Source: Paraspadella gotoi
Lineage: Eukaryota > Animalia > Chaetognatha
Length of the DNA: 64,000 bases
Reading direction: 5' to 3'
NCBI GenBank assembly: GCA_051294375.1
Contig: CM119267.1
Coordinates: 16,391,601-16,455,600 of the forward strand
The notes under the pieces were generated by a model. That model saw only the letters and a list, made by a program, of their open reading frames with translations. It had not been told where the DNA came from and searched no databases. Position numbers and translations under genes: made by a program. This document shows positions 25,706 through 36,879 of this stretch, one piece after another; the stretch's first letter is position 1; the number at the start of each line of letters is the position of its first letter.

Positions 25706-26787
25706 TCCCGAATGTCTCGGCTCATTTGAGTTCTTGTTTTCTTTCCGCCTCATTAATTCGCGAGTCGCATCGATGAGGGATTTTCCTCCGGTGCCATGTC
25801 ATGTTTGAAGAAAAAACGATGTCATGTCGATTCCTTTAACTCTCATGTCATGTGTTGTTAAAAAAATCATCATATGTCAAAATCCTGTCGTCACGTGACT
25901 GATATATCACCTTTCACAATTTGAAGAGAATTATTGTAACCTGTCTCGTTTCTCGTCGTGGGAGGTCATTTCATGTCAAGTGTAGTCGTCGCGTGTTTCA
26001 ATAATTACTTTGTTAATTTGGCCTTGATATTCCATTCCTAGCTTATGATAGGTCATGCAATCTCGAAAACCAAGAGAAACCTATGGATTCAATCTTGACC
26101 ATAAGTTCCTTGCAATAAAGTTTCCATAAAGTTTTTTTTTATCACGTTTTTGCATTTCCTNNNNNNNNNNNNNNNNNNNNNNNNNNNNNNNNNNNNNNNN
26201 NNNNNNNNNNNNNNNNNNNNNNNNNNNNNNNNNNNNNNNNNNNNNNNNNNNNNNNNNNNNNNNNNNNNNNNNNNNNNNNNNNNNNNNNNNNNNNNNNNNN
26301 NNNNNNNNNNNNNNNNNNNNNNNNNNNNNNNNNNNNNNNNNNNNNNNNNNNNNNNNNNNNNNNNNNNNNNNNNNNNNNNNNNNNNNNNNNNNNGAGAGAG
26401 ACAGAGAGAGAGGCAGAGGCCTAGAAAAGGAAACGCTTATTATTTTTTGTCAGCGACTGCACCTTCCAACAGTAAAAACCTTTTCCTTGCATTCTTTTCT
26501 CAGAATATATCCTTCTTTTTTCATCAGTCCGTCTATCCTTCTGTCCGTTCGTCGGCCTGTCCGTCCGTCCGGCAGACTCCCGGTTTTTTTTTCTCCCAAC
26601 CCACGTCGTTGGAAGGTTCCGCGTCATTTTTTTTCCATAAGTTGGGAGAGAAAAAAAAAAGAAGGAAGAAAAAAGGTTCCGTCCATTGTTGCATAAACTG
26701 AACTATAAATCATTGGGTGAGGACGAATCTAAGCTTTCACCACCGTCGGAGAATGGAAAGACGAATGAAGGGATGTAAACATGCACG

Positions 26788-27025
26788 GATGGATGGATGG
26801 ATGGATTGATGGATTGATGGATTGATGGATGGATAGATGGATGGATGGATGGATGGATGGATGGTTAGATGGGATGTAGTATAGAGAGATGGATCCATCT
26901 ATGAAAAATGGATGAATGTATTCAATTTTCTTTTAACTTTCAAGAAATGACATGGATGCATGGAGGGATTGATGGATGGATGAATCAATGGATGGATTAG
27001 ATGGATTTAAATTTTTGATGGATGG
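26788..27025 (+). repeat. (GGAT)n microsatellite, interrupted
   Basis: Directly visible. Confidence 0.92.
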
Positions 27026-29719
27026 GAGAATTGAAAGAAGGAANNNNNNNNNNNNNNNNNNNNNNNNNNNNNNNNNNNNNNNNNNNNNNNNNNNNNNNNN
27101 NNNNNNNNNNNNNNNNNNNNNNNNNNNNNNNNNNNNNNNNNNNNNNNNNNNNNNNNNNNNNNNNNNNNNNNNNNNNNNNNNNNNNNNNNNNNNNNNNNNN
27201 NNNNNNNNNNNNNAGAGGGGAAAAGGAAGGGAATGAGGAAAGAGTTTGAATGTCGTGTTTTTGGTCGACAGATTTAGGAAGAAGAAGAAGAAGAAGGAGT
27301 TTTGTCTCTTAGGTTGATGGCAACACCGAAGTCCGGGGGATGTTCGGGGAGTGCCAAAACGAGGAGTGATGAATGAAGATACAAGGAAAANNNNNNNNNN
27401 NNNNNNNNNNNNNNNNNNNNNNNNNNNNNNNNNNNNNNNNNNNNNNNNNNNNNNNNNNNNNNNNNNNNNNNNNNNNNNNNNNNNNNNNNNNNNNNNNNNN
27501 NNNNNNNNNNNNNNNNNNNNNNNNNNNNNNNNNNNNNNNNNGGGGAGGTTGAGTTGCAGAGAGGATGCGTGGCCGCGAAGGCGAATGCGTGGAACCGTGA
27601 AAGGATTTTTTTGAACGAAAAAACGTGAAAGTTTTAAGNNNNNNNNNNNNNNNNNNNNNNNNNNNNNNNNNNNNNNNNNNNNNNNNNNNNNNNNNNNNNN
27701 NNNNNNNNNNNNNNNNNNNNNNNNNNNNNNNNNNNNNNNNNNNNNNNNNNNNNNNNNNNNNNNNNNNNNNNNNNNNNNNNNNNNNNNNNNNNNNNNNNNN
27801 NNNNNNNNNNNNNNNNNNNNNNNNNNNNNNNNNNNNNNNNNNNNNNNNNNNNNNNNNNNNNNNNNNNNNNNNNNNNNNNNNNNNNNNNNNNNNNNNNNNN
27901 NNNNNNNNNTGAGAAACGAAATACTGTGACATAAAATCTACGAAGAGTAGTGAAAACATTAATAATAAATTAGTAAAAAACAAAAGACAAGTGAACGAAA
28001 TCTATACTCGTAACGATAAAAAACGAAAAAAAAAAAAAGAAATTGGGTAAAAGTCAAAAGAGAATAAAAAAAGAAAGAAAAACGAAAGATGAAACAGAAA
28101 ATGAATACAAAGAGAAAATCCCAGCGAAATGGAGAAATGGAGAAATGGGGAAATGGTCGTTGGAATCTTTTCGTAAAATAAAAAGAAGATATTCTTCCGA
28201 AACGACATATGCGTACAAATTCCTTTATAAAGATGTGAGAGTCGCAAACTCTGCAAAAAAAGAAAAAAGAAAAAAAAGTCCCGGAATTATTCAGAATCTG
28301 AGAAGAAAATATTGAAAGAGAGANNNNNNNNNNNNNNNNNNNNNNNNNNNNNNNNNNNNNNNNNNNNNNNNNNNNNNNNNNNNNNNNNNNNNNNNNNNNN
28401 NNNNNNNNNNNNNNNNNNNNNNNNNNNNNNNNNNNNNNNNNNNNNNNNNNNNNNNNNNNNNNTGAGAACGCACTCCCACCCCCGCTGACAGAGAGAGAGA
28501 GAGAAGGAAAAAAAAAAGAGAAACTGTCGAATGGGACATATTGACAAAATCCAACCATACGCGATGAAAAATGACACATTCGTGTGACCTTATCCAAAAA
28601 AGAGCACACGCTTATATAAAAAAAAAAGAAGAACGCCATGTTCACACAATGTCCCCCACATCACGCCCACTTCACCTATAAAAAAAACTGACATGACACC
28701 GAATAAAAAAAATAGTAAGAAAACTACTCAAGGGCGAAAGAAAAACGCCGCCGCTGCCGCCGCCGACGCCGCCGACGCCGCAGCAACCAGTCCATCTGCA
28801 TCCCATTCCTCTTTTGGAAAAGGGATAAAGGAGAAGGGGGGGTGAGGCGGGGCGTAGTGTGTGAGGAAGGGGAGGAGTGGAGAGGGGAGTAGGAGAAGGA
28901 GGAGGAGTGAGGAATAGGAGGAAGACACAAACTTGGAAACTAATGGCTGACAAATGGAGTGTAAACGCCAGCTTAATCTCGCCCCCCGCGCTGTCCTCCT
29001 CCGTACGTCGAGAGGAAGGGAGCGCGGGCGTCGTGGGCGACTTTTTGCTTCTCGCACCGCTGCCTTTATTTAGCTTCCTCATAAAATTTAATTCTCTAAC
29101 TCTGTTTCTCGCCGTTGAATAGGAGGAGGAGAATTGTAATTGCGCCGACGTTAAAATTACCTTTCATAAAGTATTAAAACGTTTTTCAATGTTAATGACG
29201 TGAATTTATCAATATATTGCAAAATATAAATAGTATAACAAAAAGCGTATATGATACCAGCATTCCGCTAGTGTTAGAATTGACGGCGTTACCACCGTCA
29301 ACTTCAATGTATGGGATGCATTAGGTAATACCGCGGGGATTGGGTAAACGAAAAAAAAACACCACGTATCGTTATGGGTCTGTTCACACTGAGGGTAAAA
29401 TTTTTCGAATTTCTAACTCTCATCGGTCAAATAAACGACTCTTTCTTTATTCTCTCTTTCATCGACAGATTTCTGGACTAGAATGCCAGAAGGAAAAGTT
29501 ACACTTTAAATCAAATGTTTTTCTTTATATAAATATTTTGTTAAAAATTGTGGGCACTCGCCAAACCGATGTTTTAGCTTGCTACGTCATAAATATTAAT
29601 GGTTATGTAATATCATAAGAAAAAAAACAAGTTTATAAGAAGCTACCAAAATCGGTAACTTGCTCTAAAATATAAAAAAATAATAATAATAAATGCAAAA
29701 TTATTATTAGGAATTTAAT

Positions 29720-29960
29720 TTTGAGCTCATGGCCGATTTCGCACTGAACACATCTAACGCATATAAAAATATATTGAACTGGGATGTGCATCGTTTCTAA
29801 AACCATTAAGTATTTTTCAATGCAATTGCGCACAATCGATAGAAATTGAATATATCTTCAGTGCAAAAGTTTCATCCCAAAATCGGATAATCCACGTTCA
29901 AAATTATGACAAAAAACGATCGCCGAAAAATCGCCACTCAAACCGATCAACTTTCGCCTA
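29720..29960. mobile_element. possible non-autonomous DNA transposon/Helitron-type remnant
   Basis: The motifs ggccgatttcg...gtgcaaaagtttcatcccaaaatcgg resemble subterminal motifs common in invertebrate non-autonomous repeats. No termini were identified. Confidence 0.25.
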
Positions 29961-30499
29961 AATTTACTCATTTGATCCAACAAGGATTTGTACTACGCCG
30001 TAGTTCTAAGCTTTAATCGGCATTCGGATTAGGCGCGATCCCGGGCACTCATAAAAGTAATTAAATAATCAAACAAAAGGAAAAAGTATAGAATTCTAAT
30101 GGTATAAGTGATAAAAATTACTATAATTTGATAGAATAATAAGAGAAAAGTTAATAGAGCAAAAGATAGACCGCGAAGTGTTTTGGTAGCATTTTTATTT
30201 TCTATTTCCGAAAAAAAACATAGGGGAATTCAAACAAAAAAGAAGGCAGTTTTAAAAAAAATTACTTATAAAACATATTGGAAAGATAAGACATTGATCT
30301 TTGGAAAAACAAAATAGCACAAACATAATTTCTAACTCTTATGCCAAAAAAATTAATAATTTAAAATTACAATTATCAGTATTATTTTGAAAGGTTACAT
30401 TTGTTTGCCCACCACAGTATCAAGAAAACAAATTTCGGGAAAACCCTAAGGTAACATATAGATGCTAAAGCCTTTGCTTAACCTTTATCAACCCATCTT

Positions 30500-30915
30500 T
30501 AAACTTGAAAATGAGTCCCCTGAGTCCCGGCCAATAAACATAAAAAACCATAATATTTACAAAAGTTAATTTAACTGTGTATTCAGTAATCAGATAAATT
30601 ATCCTCTGAGTATAAAATTGCTGTAATCTCGCCCTTATTTAAGAAACTATATATGCTTATCTAGACTCTGCGTAATTCCATTCGCTTAGAGATTGCTCAT
30701 ATTTTCAATCAGTTAATTAAATATCTTTATTGACAAAATATTTTGTCAAAGTTTAACATGAAAATTACAGAAACCAGTATCGCAACATTTATTGAAATTT
30801 TGAAAGAAATTGATAAGTGTTTGGGTAATGGCACGATTTTAATTTTTTTATCCACAACTTTAAACACTTTTTTACACATTCATGATTTTTACAAGTTGCA
30901 AGAATTAAAAAACCG
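30500..30915 (+). mobile_element. degenerate non-LTR retrotransposon (CR1/L2/jockey-type) RT fragment
   Basis: Collinear peptides KIAVISPLFKK (~30614), FNQLIKYL, NILSKF and ITETSIATFIEILKEIDKCLGNGTILIFL...FLHIH. These match the LINE RT pattern K.A.V.P.FKK...NQL..YL...LL...STETAL...I...LD.G....IFLD...AFD...H. Confidence 0.6.
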
Positions 30916-31291
30916 AAAAAAATATCAGACGGAGAATTGTTATAGAAATTAAAGGCGAGGAAAGGAGGAGTGTGGAAGACGATGCGCGAGCAGATCAAAA
31001 GGTGCGTGGCGTAGCGCCATTTTATAGCATTTATGCTCCACACTATTAATTTAAAAAAAATATTATAGAGTTTTATTTATCAAAGCATTTTAAACTATAA
31101 TGAGAAAAAAAATCTTAACAAGTGAGATTCATCTACGCTAGACAATCTATCCAAAAAATTAATGAAAAAGTCCGCGGGAAAAAACGAATGATTGATGCAT
31201 AACAAATTATTATATAAAGTAATTGGATGATGTAATAGTAATGATGATGGAATAGTTGAACTTGATTGATGGTAATAGTAATTGATTTATG

Positions 31292-31501
31292 TGATGCGAT
31301 GATAACCAAAATATTGATGCAATGATAACCAAATATGATGCGATGATAACCAATAATTGATGCGATGATAACCAATAATTGATTCGATTGATAACCAAAT
31401 GAATAATGCGATGATAACCAAAATTGTATGCGATGATAACCAATGATTGATGCGATGATACCAATAGTCATGCCGATGATACCAAATGATGATGCGATGA
31501 T
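31292..31501 (+). repeat. ~20-22-bp minisatellite (GATGCGATGATAACCAATAATT-like), about 9-10 degenerate copies
   Basis: Recurring gcgatgataacca core. Confidence 0.9.
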
Positions 31502-32692
31502 AGACATTTCATTGCTGTGATGAAATCATTCATTTGAAACGATGATAGGGCATTTATTGATGTTAGTTCGGAAGATTTAAATGCATGATAGTCATTCATT
31601 ACACGCAATGAATCATTCAGGCATATATAAAAACAAGCAAATGCGTGTATGATTGAGAGAGAGAGAGAGAGAGAGAGAGACGAGAGAGAGAAAGAAGCTG
31701 GACAAACGCTGCAGAGCCCCAACTCGCATTTACTCGTCGGCCTAGTGACGGTGGTTAAATCTAGGTCAGGCATCAACTTTATTTACAACGAAAGTTTCCC
31801 CAACGAGACGCATAAATTAGGCCCACTCTCGTTTTACTATCGGTTATCCGTTGCCTCGCAACCGGCGGCGCTGATCGAGGTCAAGTTGATTTTTTTTATA
31901 CAACGTAACGTTTCCGTTACCATCGAAACGCGTATTAGGGCATGTTCCTCCGACATTGTTTACTTCCTTGCCACGTAACAGCCACGAGTCAAGAAAAAAA
32001 AAAGCCGCGGAAAAAAATGGCAGTATCGTTCGATTCTCGAAATAACCGATCCAATTGACCCATCCACCAGAGCAGCATTTTGGGTTTTTACTTAATCTAC
32101 TATTTACTTTACCTTATGTAAAAACTTTACAATAAACATTTTTTAAGTAAAAATAAAAAGAGAAGTGGCCGACATGGAATCGATCCAGGACCTCACGAAA
32201 CAAATAAGAAACTTTGTTCAGCATTGTTTTAACCATGGAAACAATCCTAAGACCAAACAGCTTCGTGCCAATGCCTCACAGACGCCTCAACTTCCGTGAA
32301 ATGCCAAACGGGGATTCGCACAGCAGTAAAAAAGTTTTAGAAGAAAAAAAATAATCAGAAGAGAGAGAAGCGACAACAGAATTAAAAGCGGAGAGAGAGA
32401 AGCGCATATAATTAAAACGTTTGTTGAAATAAAACATTAAAAAAATACGAATATTTATATGAAACATGACAATTCAAAGTCTTGATGATTAAAGAGCCAT
32501 ATCTAAATTTTTCAACTCCCATGAATCACACTTTTATAGAATCAATCGTAATTCGTAGTACTTTTTATATTAAAAATAGATAAATGGTTTGTTAATAAAC
32601 AAAATTAATCCGAATATTAATATGAAAACATTACAATTCCAAAGATTATCGCCCTTATGTTGTGGAAAAATCCACAAGAAACAGACGCGAAA

Positions 32693-32946
32693 TCGTTCCG
32701 TTTCTCCGTTCGTTCCGTTTCGTTCCTTTCGTCCGTTTCGTTCCGTTTCGTCCGTTTTCGTTTCCAGTTTCGTTCCGTTTCGTTCCGTGTCGTTCCGTTT
32801 CGTTCCGTTTCGTCCGTGTCGTTCCGTTTCGTTCCGTTTCGTTCCGTTTCGTCCGTTTCGTTTCCGTTCGTTCCGTTCGTTCCGTTTCGTTCCGTTTCGT
32901 TCCGTTGTCGTTCCTTTCGTTCCGTTTCATTCCGTTTCGTTCCGTT
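32693..32946 (+). repeat. 10-bp satellite (GTTTCGTTCC)n
   Basis: Alternating CGTTT/CGTTC pentamers over ~250 bp. Confidence 0.95.
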
Positions 32947-34237
32947 TAAAATACGTAAACCATTTGCAAAAAGCGGTTTTAATCTGGCCCGGATCGCGCA
33001 TGCATCAAATCCTTTTTCCCCCTCTTTTTCCTCCCTAATCGAAGTCCTCATTAGATAACCTCTATAACCAGTTTTAAATAACGGCCCGACATGGCTTAAA
33101 AATAAGGCTTTACCGTGCCGCATATAACGACTTCATTCGTAATTTGCATGAAAGCTTATATAAATAGACTAAATTTTAGCCCGTCCCTCTACCTGAAACA
33201 GATAGTTTAAACAATACAGCTTTCTTTCGATGCTTTAGAACCAAAAAAATGAAGGCTTGACATGCAGTTTTCACCTAAAAACCAGGTCATGGGAATTGCT
33301 TTATCAAGCATTAAGATGGCAAGAATTTAAACTTTCTTTTTTTATCGTGCTAGAGAAAACAAAAGCTATCCGAAACCTACTGATATGTATGAGTTTGTTC
33401 TATTGACAAAAGATCAAGCAGGCTTTTGGGAAAAGGGAAAAAACGCCGACCAGTCAATTTAAATTACCATTTTTGGGCATGATAAAATGCGAAATTTCGA
33501 CGGCGCTCTACCTCCGTGCCTTTCCAAGACGCCCAAGCTTTCAGAATCTCTGCCCATATTGAATAATTTTTTTGCGGCCGTGACTATGCCAGCTTTTTGA
33601 ATAGAAGTTAAATATAAAAGAATCTTGATCGGAAAACTTCGATTCGAACGGGATAGGCGCTCAGGCCCTAATATGAAAAAAGCGCTGACTTCTTTCGAAA
33701 ATTTTTTCCTACCCTATCTACAAAATAATATATTTATCGGCTACAATAAAAAATTTTCAATCTATTACTTCACCTATTCGCTCATTTCCTTGTTGGTCCA
33801 GTTGGGCCAATATGTGACGAGTGGGATTAACGTGAACTTCTTACTTCTAAGTTCTTGGTGTATGGATACCAACTTGCGCTCGAATTATCGGAATGTGCTG
33901 TATTATAAGGTACGATGCACCTAGGCGCCAATCGAAGAAATTACCTTCCTTTAATAAAGGCTGGTATCTTTATAATTTTAGGATTTTCTGAAGGCGGCGC
34001 TACCCCGTGAGCCAAATCGATGATACGAAAGAAAAAATTAATTATACAGTAAACTCAGGATAGCCAATAAGAAAAAAGTCATATCACCAATTGGAGAGAA
34101 GGAAAAATCAATTTAGTTTATTTTAAAAGATTGCAGAAACAATTGCTCATGAAAAACACTTAAAAAACATTCTCAAAAAGCTTCAAAGACGCAGTACAAA
34201 AAACTCGCATCGCTAGAAAAATTCTTCTTAATTGAGC

Positions 34238-34434
34238 AAAAAACCTTGCTCCAAAAGCAGCTCTAATGCTATCATGTCGCTCCTCTCCACACTAGTTCTC
34301 TTTTGTATCAGATGTCGTGTGGTCCACAAGAAAGACAAAAGAAAAAACGGAAAAGCAGGCTCCTTCCTGCATCTTCCTCCTCCCCTCTTCCTCCTCTCAG
34401 ATACTAGCTCAGCGAAGCAAACGCACGAAATAAC
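34238..34434 (+). repeat. left inverted terminal repeat of the DIRS element
   Basis: catgtcgctcctctccac...cagatgtcgtgtggtccacaagaaagacaaaagaaaaaacgg...ttcctcctctcagatactagctcagcgaagcaaacgcacgaaat aligns by eye with the reverse complement of 40087-40286. The outer ~30 bp are more diverged. Confidence 0.88.
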
Positions 34435-35070
34435 GACTTTTTTGTCACGACTTGCGTTCAACAGATGGTTCTTGAACAACGAAATATTTTGAAAATATCT
34501 GGATTATTGTATTTGAAATTTATTGCAAGTTTTTTATGAAATTATTTGTGTAAAAATTGCATATTACTGGAAATCATTTTCCCTTCGCGTAGGGAGATTG
34601 TTTCAAATTCAGTGAAAGAAAGAATTCTACGAGTCGCGTTATCGATTTTATTGTCAAGAGTCAGAGTGTCTCGCGGCAAAACCGAAATTGAGCCCGCGTA
34701 AAGCGGTCAAAAGCGAGCGAGCGGGCCCGGGAGAATGGTCTTGACTACGGAGCGCCCGACTTTTAGGGCCTGTCTACGGACCTCACCGTCCACCTCCCGT
34801 AACGGCCCGTCGTGCACCGGAGATATTGCGTTCACTGTTCCCCGGCTGAACGAGAGAAACATCGCTAGGGCGCCGCGAGTCCCGCGAACGTTCCGCCGCT
34901 AGACGTAAGTCCTCTGGTGGGGATCTCGAGTTCTTGAGACCGAAAACGGTGTGACGTTCCGCTACATATGCCCTCTAGGGCCGGGAAGCCTGCACGACTG
35001 AGAAATAACATCGGGTCTGGTTTATTTCTGTTGGTCTCCTTCTCTGCAAGGAGTGCGTGACGAGTGACGT

Positions 35071-36793
35071 GTGCATCTCGTCTATAAAGACTCGGCTCGT
35101 AGCGGAGAAACAATCAAGTTGCATGCCAGTACAGCGGTAAAAATTCGCCCTTTCTCAGCTGCAGTGGGAGGCGAGTGTTCAACGTTCCCATGCGAGGCGG
35201 ATATGGCTTCGTTAGGCAAAAACCAGGAAGAGTTGATTTCGGAGTTTTTGAAATTTGTTGATTGCCCTTTGGCAGACATTATAAGAGAGAAAATTATATT
35301 TACCTCGAAATTATTTTCGACATCCAGCGCCAATCGACCCTGCCTAAAAACAATTTTGTGTTTCTATTATTCCCGCGGCTCTTGTTTACTGCGAGCTAAT
35401 CGAAATACAGTCTGGGTGGAGAGGGCTAGCGGAACCCGATTGATCACCTGGAATTATATATATCTGGTTCCAATGGATACCGCGAAATTCTTCATGGCTC
35501 CTCTCCAGTTACCATCAAGTAGCGACGTCTCCTCGAGACCGTCCACCCCTGAACCGACCACCCGGTGGTGATGAGAGGCTGAGTACAACTGATCGGGAAG
35601 GTTTTTGTCTTTTTAATGGTTGCGCTTGTCTATATCAGTTTGTTTCTATTTCCCCTTTCATGGATACCAGATGTTTTTACCCATGAGCTCTAGGAATTTC
35701 TATCTTTCTCTCCCGCACTCAACCTTCTACTGCTCGCTGCTGCAATTCGTTTCCAGTGATCAAGTCCGCGCTTCTGCGCCCAGAGGCTTGTCATGCTAAA
35801 CCCGGCTCTCCTAAGTCGGGAATATGGAGTTGTTCATCCAATCAACATGAATCATGAAGACAAATGTATTGCCGCCCGCAACGATAACTTACAATGCGTT
35901 CAGAGCAAACTCATATCAACACAAGTCAATTTCTGATGCTCCAGTGGGATTTGAGACGTATTAATCAACACAAAACGCATTAACTGCAATCAGTTCACCT
36001 TCGGAGTGGTTGAATGTTCAGGCAAATGCGAGATGAGCTGCGTATCTGTGGTTCTTTCGGGACGCCACCAAAGTTGTGGTAAGCCGTCAATAAACGCAGA
36101 TCCCTAATTGCCTCGAGTGGAATCTGCGAATGACCTTCTCCTGCTGATTTCCTGGGTACCTCCTCACCTGAAGAAGATACTTTGCTCCCCTGCACATATA
36201 TTTATTGCCGAAAGTTACCAAGGATTCAGCAAAATTCGCTGTCTTCAATTTCGAAGCAGTCCGAATCGCTCGACGCTATGAGCGGATGACAGGGCCGCTA
36301 GCTCAATATCTGTCCTTCACACTGCAGAAAGTGGCCTATATTTATTAAAACTTGCCTCTCAAAGCTTTACTGTCTGCCAGATCCCGAATTGAATTTTGGA
36401 TAATGAGAAGCACATTTTCCCTCCGCCTCCACTTGTAAAGTGATGCAGCCAAATCAATAAGTACGCGCGTTTTCTTTAATTCAGCTTTGCGGCTGAATCT
36501 CGACGATTGGTAGGGCAGTCTGCTTCCGAAGGAGCTTAAAGCTACGCTGACGGATTCCCCTCCTCTCTGTGGATTTTTATTGTGGAATCGCATCGACGGA
36601 GTTTCTGCGCGCTATCCATTCCTCTCTTTTAACAAAAGCCAAAAACATTAATCGCCACAGAAAAAAATACAGTTCCAGAAACAACGAAGAGGTTCTTTGC
36701 CTAAGTCCAGGGTTCCTACAAGCCTTATCGCAAGTCCGCCGTCCTCTAGGCTTCGGGAAAGGGCGGAGGGCGGCGTCGAAGGATTCCAAGTGA
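35071..36793 (+). CDS. putative gag-like ORF1 region of the DIRS element (fragmented)
   Basis: Position between the left ITR and the RT, with + strand ORF pieces 35071-35571 and 36569-36793 and a basic C-terminal stretch. No diagnostic motif was recognised, so the call is positional and the start may lie further upstream. Confidence 0.35.
35412..35507 (+). repeat. internal complementary region (ICR)-like copy of the element termini
   Basis: 35465-35507 (tggttccaatggataccgcgaaattcttcatggctcctctcca) closely matches the reverse complement of the right terminus (tggttccaaatggaaccgggaattcttcatggctcctctcca). 35412-35455 (ctgggtggagagggc...) resembles the same terminus in the opposite orientation, giving the back-to-back arrangement of DIRS ICRs. 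Confidence 0.72.
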
Positions 36794-36879
36794 CTTCCTA
36801 TGACGCCCCTCGGCCGTCGCCTCGTCCGGCCACTGGATACATCAAGACCATAGGCATCTGTCCCAGGACTCGATTGCTC

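Noticed and set aside
32589-33123. Repetitive ORFs (RSVSFRFVP / TKRNETERN)
   Set aside because: They are translations of the (GTTTCGTTCC)n satellite.
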